Positions 26,248-38,833 of a DNA stretch of 64,000 nucleotides are shown here, piece by piece. Below the pieces are notes generated by a model that made no database searches, had not been told where the DNA came from, and was given only the letters and a program-made list of their open reading frames with translations. Position 1 is the first letter of the stretch; each line of letters starts with the position of its first letter. The DNA comes from Octopus vulgaris. Taxonomy: Eukaryota. A program made the position numbers and the translations under genes. The DNA lies in the NCBI GenBank assembly GCA_951406725.2, contig OX597821.1, positions 7,502,001 to 7,566,000 on the forward strand. Direction: 5' to 3'.

Positions 26248-26643
26248 GCAGGAGTGGCTGTGTGGTAAGTAGCTTGTTTACCAACCACATGGTTCTGGGT
26301 TCAGTCCCACTGCGTGGCACCTTGGGCAAGTGTCTTCTGCTATAGCCTCGGGCCGACCAATGCCTTGTGAGTGGATTTGGTAGACGGAAACTGAAATAAG
26401 CCTGTCGTATATATGTATATATATATGTGTGTGTGTATGTGTGTCTGTTTGTCCCCCTAGCATTGCTTGACAACCGATGCTGCTGTGTTTATGTCCCCGT
26501 CACTTAGCAGTTCGGCAAAAGAGACTGATAGAATAAGTACTGGGCTTACAAAAGAATAAGTCCCGGGGTAAAGTTGCTCGATTAAAGGCGATGCTCCAGC
26601 ATGGCCGCAGTCAAATGACTGAAACAAGTAAAAGAGTAAAGAG
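26245..26643 (+). mobile_element. Full-length SINE family 1
   Basis: High identity to the other family 1 copies. Confidence 0.9.
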
Positions 26644-27229
26644 TATATATATATATATATATATATATAAACAGTTGCAGCATGGAGGGTGTTTATAAGC
26701 CATTTAAAAATACACAAAAACTGTTAGATTCACTTCAACATTTAAATTTAATTTGTCAAGATATTTTTGTTGCTTTGAAACTGCAACCTGTTCACTGACA
26801 GAATTCTGTGTTGCACGGAATTTTGTCTGTCAACAGGTCCTGAAAATTCAGGCTTTGTGCCTATAGTAGAAGGAATTATTATTTTTATCATTACTAGCTG
26901 ACCACGTTCCATCAATAATGACAGCTAAGTGTAGTATTTTATATATAAGGTACATAGTAATCACACATACAAACATTCACATACTTCCTTTGTAAACGTC
27001 CACACATAATCACATAGAATTGAAACGCACATATTCTCGCACAGGGTTGAAACGGTGATTTTTTTCACCCCTTCCTTCCTTATTCATCTATCACCCCTTC
27101 CTTTCTCTCATTGCTATTACTTTCTCTCACTTCCTCTCAGTCAGGGCTATTACTCTCACTACTTCTCCTTCACTGAATATATATTTTCTATTCCCCTCTG
27201 CATCCAGTGTGATTCTGGACAAATATATA

Positions 27230-27271
<42 letters not shown>

Positions 27272-27314
27272 CACAAATATATATAAACACTACTCTCATT
27301 ATTATATATGGGGA

Positions 27315-27862
27315 TTTCTGAGTTCTGAATTCGAATTCTGCCGAGGTCGACTTTGTCATATATCTTTTAGGAGTTGATAAAGTAAGTACCAGTTGAGCAC
27401 TGGGGTTAATGTAACTGACTTAGCCCCGTCCCCAAAACTGCTGGCCTTGTGCCAAAATTTGAAACCATTATTATTTTTGTGTTAGGCAGCAAGTTGGCAG
27501 AATCATTAGCATGCTGGGTGAAATTCCTAGTGGTATTTTATCTGCTGTTACATTCTGATTTCAAATTCTGCCAAGGCCGACTTTGCGTTTCATCCTTTCA
27601 GGGTCGATAAATTAAGTACCAGTTAAGCACTTATAATCGACTTAATCCATTTCTCTGTCCTTGTTTGTCCTCTCTGTGTTTAGCCCCTTGTGGGTAATAA
27701 AGAAATAGGTATTTCGTCTGCCACCATGTTCTGAGTTCAAATTCTGCCAAGGTCAATTTTGCCTTTCATCCTTTCAGGGTCGATAAATTAAGTACCAGTT
27801 GAACACAGAGGTCAGTGTAATTGACAACACCCCTCCTTGTGGCAAAATTTGAAACCACTATT
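27315..27862 (+). mobile_element. Head-to-tail cluster of SINE family 2 copies
   Basis: Three repeats of ttctgagttc..attctgcc.aggtc.actttg...taagtaccagtt. Confidence 0.8.
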
Positions 27863-28044
27863 GTTATTGTGGAAATCTCAGCTTCTGATATTGTCCCCAA
27901 CAACCCAACAATAATTGGAACTATTTTCATTTTCATTGTTGAACTATCGCATATTTACAAATATTGTATATGTCTATATTTTTTACCTTCCTTCTAGGCT
28001 ATTTTATGGGTCAAAGGGGGTACACAACATCAATTATAGAGCAC

Positions 28045-28425
28045 TTGAGGTTCACCTTGTCCAGCACCACTAGGTCTGGCTCATTGGACCCAAGCACCTG
28101 ATTTATTTGGATTGAGAAATCCTACAAGATTTGCTGGTCTCTGATTCTGCCAATGTCTTTGGTTTATGCTCATGTCACATCTTGCCTCTCTCTAGACCCC
28201 ACTTTTCACATAGTCTCCAATATAGCATTTTTGCTACCTCATCATGTTGCCACAACTTATAATGGTTTGGAGCAAGTTTAGGGCATTTGTTTGCAATAAA
28301 GGCACTGGCTTTACCTCCCCCACTATTACAGATGCAGCACAGTGGAGACGCTTGCTCATTCCTAAGATTGAACCTCCAATTTGTGGCCAAAGCACTGTCA
28401 GTATAGTGTTCCCATTCTCTTTTTT
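28045..28425 (-). mobile_element. Degenerate C-terminal fragment (zinc knuckle / RLE region) of an R4/Dong-like non-LTR retrotransposon
   Basis: SPLCCICN...FIANKCPKLAPNHYKLWQHDEVAKMLYWRLCEKWG, followed out of frame by a PDLVVLDK motif. This fits the CCHC + RHD + PD layout of RLE-type LINEs. Confidence 0.7.
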
Positions 28426-28521
28426 TTTTCTGTGTTCCTTTTTTCAGCCAGTGCCTCCTCTGTTCTCTAGCAAATTCAGTAGTGGTTACATAGAATTGTT
28501 TGTGTATTCCTTTATTATTAT

Positions 28522-28551
<30 letters not shown>

Positions 28552-28553
<2 letters not shown>

Positions 28554-29072
28554 CTGAGTGAGAGAGCATAGCATGCCATCAAAGTGACACTGGGTTAAAA
28601 TATACGAAGCCCAGTATACCCATCATGACTACACATCTGATAAGGGTTCTCTAGGCACATGCATCACAACCATATGTGCGCAACATGGTGGTCTCATATC
28701 AAGATAAACAGCTCATGACTTTGCAGGTGGGGCCCAGTTAGAATTTTCTTCTGGTCGAGTAACCCATCCTGCTCAAAAGGTCCCTGAATAAGGGTTCTTT
28801 AAGGATGGTGAACGAACTGCCCATGTTTCCAAAGGTGACATATCCAAACCTCCAAGAATTCCTTTCAACACATGGCTATGGTGCTCCCCAACTACTTCTG
28901 CTCGTGATCAGAGATGCACATATCGTCAGCCACTAAGGGACATGCTCAACTGGTTAAGGTCAAACAACTGACAAGCAAATCTGTGGTATTGAGCAGAATA
29001 TTTGCTGTAGCCCATCTTTTATACCGAGGCAAAACAATGTACATGATAACACTTCCAATCAGTTATATCAGG
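28552..29072. mobile_element. Interspersed repeat of about 520 bp between (ATT)n tracts, family unassigned
   Basis: Complex non-coding block bounded by ATT microsatellites. It resembles a cephalopod interspersed repeat, but this is recognition only. Confidence 0.4.
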
Positions 29073-29074
29073 GC

Positions 29075-29207
<133 letters not shown>

Positions 29208-29629
29208 TGTTCTTGGTGTGCTTTTGCCTGTTAGTCAGTGGATTGATGGTGATCTTGAGAATGTGTGATATAATTCTGAAAAGTCACATAGAAAGATAAA
29301 CATATAACATGGTCGTTTGGTTAAAGAGTTTGCTTTACAACCACATGGTTCTGGGTTCAATCTCACTGTGTAGCACCTTGGACAATTGTCTTCTATTATA
29401 ACCCCCAGGCCAACCAATGTCTCGTGAGTTCATTTGTAGGCAGAAACAATGTGGGAGTCTGTGTGCCTTTGTGTTTGTCTTCCACCAACATAATCTACCA
29501 GTTCAGCGTAAGAGACCAATACATTAAATGCCAGACTTAAAAAAACATAAGTACTGTGGTTTTGTTTGACTAAACCTTTCAAGGTGTTGCCCCAGCATGA
29601 CCACAGTCCAATGACTGAAACAATTAAAA

Positions 29630-30024
29630 TCTCTCTATAAGATATGAGCAAAACGGCAGTTTGTCTGTGCGTGTTTCTGTGTGTCTGTTTTCTCGTACCC
29701 TCACCCTGACCACGGCTTTCAACCGATTCTGATGAAACTTGACACACACATAGCCCAATGTCATAATTCAAAACTAACGCAGCGAAAATTTTGAAAAGTT
29801 AACCCCAGTTCTGAAAAAAATCGATAAATTCGACATGGGGTCGAGAATCAAAAAAAACAAACCACAGACTGTCTAGGGGACGCAACTCAACCTTTTTTTA
29901 CTCTCAAAAAAAATTTACCATAATTTTTTTTCCATGTTTTTGCTATTTTTTGGCTATAACTCTCTAAAAATGCTTTATAGTTATTTCCCTTACAAACCTG
30001 AGCAACGCCGGGCGATACTGCTAG
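29630..30024 (+). mobile_element. Non-autonomous Helitron
   Basis: A|TC 5' end, CTAG|T 3' end and subterminal hairpin cctg(agcaacgc)cggg. Confidence 0.8.
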
Positions 30025-30029
30025 TATAA

Positions 30030-30581
30030 GATATGAGCAAAACGCCCCACCGTCCAATGGACAGTGATAAATCATATCTGCTAAATAAAAAGCAATCAGT
30101 GTTTTCTTTTCATTAAAAGATAATTAAGCATACCTTTATTTCAATCAAATTTTTGGTTTTGTTAAACAAAGTTAAGGCAAAAAAAAAAAAAAACTTCTAG
30201 AGAAACCAAATAGTCTTTTCTTCCTTCATGCCAAGTTTGAAGAAAATATCTCTTTTGCATCTTTTTTGGTCTCTTAAATATACTGCATTTTGTGGCATTA
30301 TTTCAAGCCAGCCGGCTTTTTTAGACAAACTGCATGTGCATTTTTCTCATGTACACGTAGTATCGATCACAACAGCTGATGTACTTGCACATACAGATGC
30401 ATGTTCCCACGGCTTTGATCACATTCTCACCTGAAATCAATTTTTGCAATTTTTTCAAGACTTATACACTCCCTGATGCCGTCGGTATCTACATATCAAA
30501 TTTGAGCACAATCGGATGGAGGATGCCCAAGATCTTAGAAGACACACACACAGACATGCAGAATGGATTTTATATAATAGA
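30030..30581 (-). mobile_element. Older Helitron-like element, tail-to-tail with the previous one
   Basis: Minus-strand start A|TCtattatataaaatcc. A hairpin caccgtcc-aat-ggacagtg lies near the other end, but the terminal CTAG is degenerate. Confidence 0.45.
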
Positions 30582-31186
30582 TGAATTATAGGTTTTGTAT
30601 TTTAATCTGCCCAATAAATAGGCATTGGTTTAATTTGGTAGCCACTTTTCACTCTCTATAAGTATCACCGTCTGAGAGTGTTGACTTTCAGCTCAAGGAG
30701 AATAGAATTAGTGTCATATTTTTAAAAGTTTAGCATTATGAATAACTAATGTTTAATAATTAATTTAATGTTGATTAAGCTCTAATTAATTTTGCCCCTC
30801 CTTCAATATTGAAAAGAGTGTAGAAGCAAGGTTTTTAGATATGCGCACATTTTACTGACTTAGAATTATTCATAAAAGAACCGAATAATAAAAATCAAAC
30901 AAAAATCTATGTATTATATTGATTTAGTTTAAAACAAGAAATTCGTTCATTCGTTAATGAAATGGAATAACTTCATTATTGAGTTTGTCTATTCAAAGTT
31001 CTATATTTGTTTTGTCTTATTTCAAGACATTTAGGTTTACTTCGTTTCACCTATGAAATTGGTGTGTACCAAACTATGGCAGTTGGCTCTCAAGAGACCA
31101 AATTTGGAATCTAGTTTCAGTTTCCAGTTTGATTCATTTCTCTGACACTTTTAATGAGTCTCGTTACCTCACACTGCACTCCTCCT

Positions 31187-31225
<39 letters not shown>

Positions 31226-31525
31226 CATGCACTCCTGTAACTTTAAACACTTCATGCCTAATTAAGAAATTTGTTTCCTCAAAGTTACATTTCTTTATTT
31301 TGGGTGGTAGAACTAATCTGTCACTAAGTTTAATGTCCCCTACCAGGTGCTTTGGTGCCTTTAGTGATGTCCACTCTGTTGTGAACATTCAGACCAGCTG
31401 CTATGCAGTGACATTAAACTCAAAACCATTCGTGTATATGTGAGGAAGAAAGAGAGGTGGAGATCTACATGTCCCTAAAGGTTACCCTAAGTTAACTATA
31501 AGCATATTTTCATTATATTGGTATA

Positions 31526-32167
31526 CAGTAATCCCTTGACTATTGCGGGCATTACATTCCAAAACCCTCCGCGATAGGTGAAAATCCTCAAAGCAGAAAC
31601 AGAACTGTTCTGTATGTTTTTTTTTTTATCATTTTTATAATTTGTATATATTTATTTTATTATAAACTAGCAGTATCGCCCGGCGTTGCTCGGGTTTGTA
31701 AGGGAAATAACTATATAAGCATTTTTAGAGAGTTATAGCAAAAAAATGCATTAAAAATGGAAAAAAAATTATGGTAAATTTTTTTTAAATCGTTGACTCA
31801 TCGTAGACATTTTTAGAGAGTTACTTCCCTTATATAATAGCGAAAAAAATACATTAAAATGGAAAAAAACTGATGGTAAATTTTTTTTTAAATCGTAGAC
31901 TCATCGTAGACTCATCGTAGACGCGTGCTAATACCCAGAAGGGCTCGATATGAATCACGATTATAAGATACCCGGTTTTGGTTAAACTGCACCGCAAGAT
32001 GTGGGAGTAGTTAGGAATCTAAATCGTAGGAGACAGACAGACACACAACCTTACTTTTATATATAAAGATGTGAAACAACACCACAGAGGAACCGACGTA
32101 AGCTTAAATATTATAGCATGATAGGTGAACTATGATAGGTGAACCGCGATATGGCGAGGGATTACTG
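31526..32167. mobile_element. Tigger/pogo-type MITE hosting a Helitron
   Basis: TA|cagtaatccct ... agggattactg TIRs. Confidence 0.7.
31667..32069 (-). mobile_element. Non-autonomous Helitron nested in the MITE
   Basis: Minus strand A|TCtttatatat...cccgagcaacgccgggcgatactgCTAG|T. Confidence 0.8.
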
Positions 32168-32932
32168 AGTTCAAACTCTGCTGAGGTCAACTTTGCCTTT
32201 GTTTCTTTCAGGGTTGATGAAATAAGTACCAGTTGAACACTAGGGGTCAATGCAATTGACTAGCCCGTCCCTTCAAATTTCAGACCTTGTGCCTACAGTA
32301 GGAAGGATTATATATTATTTTTTGTTATTCTTCTACTTGTCTCGGTCATTTGACTGCAACCATGTTGAGGCACTGCCTTAAGGGCTTTTTTAGTTGAAAA
32401 AATTGCCCCTCAGGACTTTGTAAGCCTAGTCACTTATTCCACTGGTCTCTTTTGCTGAACTGCTAAGTTACAGTGACATAAACACACCAACATTGGTTGT
32501 CAAGCGATGGTGGATGACAAACACAAACACAGACACAAAGACACACACATATAAATATATGCAAACATGTGTGTATGTATATATATATATATGCACACAC
32601 GCAGCAGGCTTCTTTCAGTTTCCGTCTACCAAATTCACTCACAAGGCATTGGTCGGTCCAAGGCTATAGTAGAAAACACTTGCCCAAGGTGCCACGCAGT
32701 GGGACTGAGCCCAGAACCATGTGATTGGGTAGCAAGCTGGCAGAATCATGCGAAATGCTTTGTGACTTTCTTCCAATCCTTTACATTCTCAGTTCAAATT
32801 CCACCAACATCGATTTTCCCTTCCATTGTTTCAGGGTTGATAAAATAAGTATCATTTGAGCATTGGGGATGATGTCATCGACTTACCCAGTTCCCTTAAA
32901 ATTGCTGGCCTTGTGCCAAAATTTGAAACCAT
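32168..32932. mobile_element. SINE cluster (family 2 +, family 1 -, family 2 +)
   Basis: Family-diagnostic motifs are present. Confidence 0.7.
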
Positions 32933-33870
32933 TTGCAAGATTCTGACTTTCTTTTCATTCATCATATGCAGATGTTGCTCATAGCCCTGATTAATTTCTA
33001 ATTAGTTGTTGAGAACTCTTGGTAAATAAATGCTTTGACTAGACAAATGTACTTTGTGAGATTTGTGAATTGATACCACACGACCACAAAGACACACACA
33101 CACACATACACACACAGTAGCTAGTTTCTTTGTTCTGTACAGAAGACACACAGACTCTCTGCAAGTAAATCTCGTTGAAGATGGTTAATTAACCAATTAA
33201 GAAGAATCTGTGTTATTAACTCGTCAACTTTAGACAGGATGAAATTAGTCTGCGGTTGTCACAGAATTTGTCAATTTCCTTTCCACGTTCATAGATACCC
33301 TTATCTAACTGCTGTTCGGACCAAAGTGGGAGCCTCTGTATGGTCGTTTGGTGTGCTAGAAACCACAGGCAATTATCCAGATGCCCCTTGTATCATGTGC
33401 AGTGCAGTAGTGCAGTACCCATCTATGAACAGTTCTATAATCAAACAAATGAAATAACGAACAATTCTTCTGAAGAAGATTAAGCTCGATAATTAGCTGA
33501 AATTTGATCAACAAAACTACAAGAAGACTATGATCGTGTATAAGTTACTCTGAGTCCATTTGTGTAATGAGCTGAAATTTGGACAACAAACCAGGAGTAG
33601 ACCACATGAGCATACAAATGGCTCAGGACGTTTCTACAAATGGTTCATTAATGTCCATCTATGCTTTTTATGTAACTTACAAATTGTCGTGTTTTATATA
33701 GAAAGTAATATTTCTCGTATTTTTTGTTAAAAAATATTTATGGATTGACAGAAACGAGGCAAAGAGGAAAAACGAGCATGCACACACACACACACACTAC
33801 TCACTCGCATACATATACATACACACATATATACATACATACATATATACATATATACATATATACATAC

Positions 33871-33917
<47 letters not shown>

Positions 33918-33949
33918 AACACACATACATACATATACTTATATATATT

Positions 33950-34450
33950 TTATTTTTACTTGTTTCAGTCATTAGACTGTGGCCATGCTGGAGCACTGCT
34001 TTGTAGAATTTTAGTTAAATGGATCAACCCCAATATTTTTTCCTTAACCCTTTCGATACCAACCTGGCTGAAACTGGCTCTGTTGTACAAATGTTTTGTT
34101 TTCATAAGTTTTGAATTAAATTCTTCCACCAAACCTTAGTCACAATTTATGTTCCTAACATTAGCTTAATGATAACTAAGTTATTTTACTAAATTCTTTG
34201 TTATATTTTAAATTAATTGAAAGAAACACAGAGCATCTTAAAATAAATACGGTAACGAAAGGGTTAAGCCTGGTAGTTATTCTGTCAGACTTTTTTGCCA
34301 AAGCGCTAAGCTATGGGGACATAAACATGCCAACACCAGTTGTCAAGCAGTGGTGAGGGACAAACACCAACACAAAGACACACACACACACAATGGGCTT
34401 CTTTCAGTTTCTGTTTACCAAATCTATTCACAAGGCCCGAGGTTATAGAC
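33950..34450 (-). mobile_element. SINE family 1 interrupted by a piggyBac MITE
   Basis: The SINE sequence resumes after the TTAA at 34264-67. Confidence 0.7.
34048..34263. mobile_element. piggyBac-type MITE
   Basis: TTAA TSDs at 34044-47 and 34264-67. TIRs ccctttcgatacc / ggtaacgaaaggg match 12/13. Confidence 0.88.
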
Positions 34451-35279
34451 TGGTGATGGAGCCACATAAAAAGCATTGGTGCTAGTGCCATGAAAAAGCC
34501 CTGGTGCTGGTACCGTATAAAAAGTACTCAATACACTATGTAAAGTGTTTGTTATTAGGAAGGGCATCCAGCTGTAAAAACCAAGCCAAAACCAACTATG
34601 GAAGCTGGTGCAACTCCAGGCTTTCTTCACTCGTGTCAGACTGCCCAATTCATGCCAGAATGGAAAATGGACATTAAATGATGTTAAAAATACTCCAAAA
34701 CAGAAATAGTCAATAATTGATTGTCTTTGGCCATAAGCCTGCTCAACTTCAGTTGACCTAGGGTTAAACAGCAACAGTATCTATAGTTGCTACATTTTTT
34801 TTTTTTATGTATGTGTATAGTACTATTTCTTCTTCCTCTTATAATTAACCAAAGAAATCGGTTAATCTTCTGCAACAGCTCTTCACCTGCGTCATTGTAA
34901 ATTTTCCCCAAAGACAGCTTTCCAATCCTGGTTCCTTATTCACTTAGATTCTGATAATTTGTAATCTATGTTGAACCTGAAATAATATTTTGAAGAATCT
35001 GTTTGTTCATTTGCTTTAAGTGATTTCTCTAACATTACGGAAAGCATTAATTTTAGATACTAATTACTATGTCATTTGTTTATATTAATGAATTGAAAAA
35101 GCAAAAGAAAAAAAACATTTACATTGACAAACTATCAAATACTTTCCAATCAAGAAAATATTAGTGTTATTATAATGTTTTAAATTATACTCTTTGCAGT
35201 AGAAAAGATTTGTTAATTTCAGAATTCACTTTAGTTATGAAAGTACAAGTTTTGTTTACTATTGTTGTTGTTGTGATTA

Positions 35280-35841
35280 TCCTTTTCTATTATTGGCACT
35301 AGGCCCAAAATTTTTGGGGAGGAAGCCAGTCAATTAGATCTACCACAGTATCCAACTGATATTTAATTTGTCGACCCCAAAAGGATGAAATGCAAAGTCA
35401 ACCTCAGCGGAATTTGAACTCAGAATGTAAAGACAGACGAAATACTTCTATGCATTTTGCCCAGCGTGCTAACATTTTTGCCCGCTCACTGCCTTAATCC
35501 TTTCTATTATAGGCACAAGGCCTGAAGTTTTGGGGGTGGCGACTAGTCAATTACATCTATCCCAGAATTTCACTGGTACTTAATTTATCCACCCCGAAAG
35601 GATGAAAGTCAACCTCGGCAGAATTTGAACTCAGAATGTATTGGCAGACAAAATACCGCTAAGCATTTTCCCCAGAATGTTAACGACTCTGCGAGCTCGC
35701 CACCTTAAAGTATGAGATGCTTACAGCACCTAGGTTTCCCAAACGGTTACCCAAGTACTCACTAGGCTCAATGTTGCTTAACTTCAGTGATCGGACAAGA
35801 ACCGGTGCTTTCAACGTGATATGGCTGTAAGCGTTGTTGTG

Positions 35842-35885
<44 letters not shown>

Positions 35886-36620
35886 CATTAAGGCAGCAAG
35901 CTGGCAGAATCGTTAGCACACTGAACGAAATGCTTAGCAGTATTTTGCCTGTTGCTATGTTCTGAGTTCAAATTCCAACGAGATCAACTTTGCCTTTCAT
36001 TCTTTCAGGGTTGATGAATGAAGTACCAGTGAAACATTGGGGTCGATGTAATCAACTAGTCCCTTCCCACCAAACTTCATGTCTTATTCCTTTAGTAAAA
36101 AGGATTATTATTATTGGTGGCAAGTTGGCAGAATCATTAGCACGTTGGGCGAAATTCATAACGGTATTTTGTCTGCCATTATGTTCTGAGTTCAAATTCA
36201 GCTTTGCCTTTCATCTTTCCGGGGTCAATAAAATTAGTACCAGTTGAACACTGGGGTCGATGTGATCAACTTATCCCTTATCCCCTCCTCTAAAATTGCT
36301 GCCCTTGTGGAAAAATTTGAAACCATTATTATTATTATTTATTATTAGGGTTGCAAACTGGCAGAACCGTTAGCACACCAGACAAAATACTTAGTGTCAT
36401 TTCGTCTGTCTTTACATTCTGAGTTCAAGTTCAGCCAAGGTCAACTTTGCCTTCCATCTTTTTGGGGTTGATGAAATATGTACCAGTTAAACACTGGGGT
36501 TGATGTAATCAACTTAAACCTTCCTCTGAAATTGCTGACATTGCTCCAAAATCTGAAATTGTTGTTATTGTTAAGGCAGTGAACTGACAGAATCGTTAGC
36601 ACTCCAAGCAAAATGCTTAA
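35280..36620. mobile_element. Divergent clusters of SINE family 2 (minus copies 35280-35707; plus copies 35890-36620)
   Basis: Repeated family-2 heads and B-boxes in both orientations. Confidence 0.8.
35717..35832 (-). pseudogene. 5S rRNA pseudogene
   Basis: Minus strand reads gcttacagccatatcacgttgaaagcaccggttcttgtccgatcactgaagttaagcaac...agtacttgggtaaccgtttgggaaacctaggtgctgtaagcat. This is the 5S pattern with paired termini and a box A-like agttaagc. It has a small deletion near box C, several CpG-type changes and no T4+ terminator. Confidence 0.88.
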
Positions 36621-37078
36621 AGTTGCAGTGGAGTACCAAAACAAATGTTGTGATCTATTAAAGCTTGATATCTTCCATATCACATGTTATATTACTTATG
36701 TATTATGTCAGTTGGTAGGTAAGCAGGTAGCATTAACACCATGTGACTTGAGCTGACCAATAGAGGCTTAACATCCAGAAGCCATCTTGAATTTGTCTCA
36801 AATCTCTCTAATATCTGATGAGATGAACACATCCTTCATGCCCACCAAGCCATATGGAGCTGAGTCAAACTGTAATTGAACATACACACATGTTTCTGAG
36901 TTCAAATTCTACTGAGGTCAGCTTGTCTTTGAACCTTCCAGAATCCTTAAAATAAGTAGCAGTCAAGTATTCTAAGTCTGTGATTTATTAATTTACCTTA
37001 CCTCTTCTCCAAATTCTCTTGCCTTGTTCCAATTTTCAGAAACCCTTATTTACTTAATATTCCCTTGTTTCTTTGCAG

Positions 37079-37188
37079 CCCTGACATACAAGTATATCGT
37101 TGAACAACAGCCTGTTGGTCGAGAACTGTTCCGCCAATTCTGCCAAAACAGATCGGAGAGCAAATTTATAGAATTCTTAGATGCTGTG
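37079..37188 (+). CDS. GRK5: Internal coding exon of a GRK4/5/6-subfamily G protein-coupled receptor kinase (RH/RGS-homology domain), Gprk2/GRK5-like
   Basis: Acceptor is a polypyrimidine tract plus tgcAG (37077-78); donor is GTAAGT (37189-94). Translation xLTYKYIVEQQPVGRELFRQFCQNRSESKFIEFLDAV resembles vertebrate GRK5 [37 protein letters not shown] (recalled), with a phase-1 start and phase-0 end. The exact paralogue cannot be fixed from one exon. Confidence 0.9.
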
Positions 37189-38030
37189 GTAAGTTTAGGC
37201 AACTAATTACTAAGACGTCTGTATTACTAATGAACATTCATTTAGATATAATAATTAATATTATGCTTAGTTTAAACACAAATACAAACATGCTCATCTA
37301 TCATTATAATCAACATCATTGTTTTAACATCCATTTTATCATGCCTGTATGGGTTAGATGAAATTATTTGAGGTACTTTTTCTATGGCTAGATGCTTCTC
37401 CTGTCTTCAAACCTCACCTGTTTCCAAGCAAGGTAATATAACCCTTAGTCTTGCAAACGTGAGCAGCAAAATGGCCAGACATGTTTTCACAGGAGATTGC
37501 AAATAAACACCTTCATTCAAGTATGTCATATCAAGACAAGAAGACACTAAAGCACATTCACACCTGTACACACACGATACACACATACACAATCATATAT
37601 ATATATATGTGGCCTTGGTTAGTGTTAGGAAGGGCATCCAGCCATAAAAACCCTGCCAAAACAGAAACAGTAGCCTGGAGTAGTCTTCTACCATCTTACC
37701 CATGCACACATGGAAGATGGACATTAAATGATGATGATGATGATTTATAAGCAAACTTTGAAGTGCTAAGTGAGTTGGTATTTTATAGAAAATACAGGGA
37801 ATCTCAGAGAATAGCTGTGAAAACAGCTTAGAAGATTGGTTAAATACCTTTAGAAGACAAATAAATGTAGTCAGCAAGCCAATACGGAAAATCAGATCTG
37901 GTCACTTTTCTCCTTCTTTTAAGGGTATTTACTCAATCTTCTAAGCTGTTTTCACAGTCATTCTGCATTTGAGATTTCCTTTATTGTAATATTTACATAA
38001 ATACATACATAGATGCATGCATACATACGT

Positions 38031-38069
<39 letters not shown>

Positions 38070-38196
38070 TCTTTTAGTTTTCAACTGTCAAATTCACTTG
38101 CAAGGCATTGTTCAGCCTAGGGTTATAGTAGAAGACATTTAATCAAGATGCTGTGCAATAGGATTAACCCTTTATGTATGTGTGTGTGTGTGTGTG

Positions 38197-38833
38197 GCAA
38201 TGACTAGTGACCGGGACCTTTGGAAATATGCTGAGCTTGAGAAGACCTGGCAAACCAAGTGAGACCATAACTTTGTGGCCTATGCCAAGGGTGTAACCAG
38301 CCCATTTATGCGTACCTTTCCTTCATTGGACACTAAACTCTGCTTGCGAAGACCTGTTGAGGCAAGTGAAATCGAAATCAAATTCAATGACTGGCTTCCG
38401 TGCTAGTGGAGTGCTAAGAGCGCCATCCAAGCGTGATCGTTGCCAGAGCAGCAAACTGGCTTCTGTTCCGGTGGCACGTAAGAAGCACCATTTGAGCATG
38501 ATCACTACCTGTGTCACCTTACTGGTGGCACGTGAAAAAACATTCGAGTGAGGTTGTTGCCAGTGCCGCTGGACTGGCTCCTGTGCAGGTGGCACGTAAA
38601 AAACACCATTTGAGCATGGCCATTGCCAGTACCGCCTGACTAACCCTTGTGCTGGTGGCACATAAAAGCACCCACTACACTCTCGGAGTGGTTGGCATTA
38701 GGAAGGGCATCCAGCTGTAGAAACTTTGCCAGATCAGATTGGAGCCTGGTGCAACCATCTGGTTCGCCAGCCCTCAGTCAAATCGTCCAACCCATGCTAG
38801 TATGGAATGCGGACATTAAAAGATGATGATGAT
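38197..38833 (+). mobile_element. 3' end of an RTE-clade LINE (ORF terminus, repeat-containing 3' UTR, (GAT)n tail)
   Basis: AMTSDRDLWKYAELEKTWQTK* has the DRxxW terminal motif of RTE ORFs. It is followed by gtggcacgtaa repeats and the shared tail. Confidence 0.75.
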
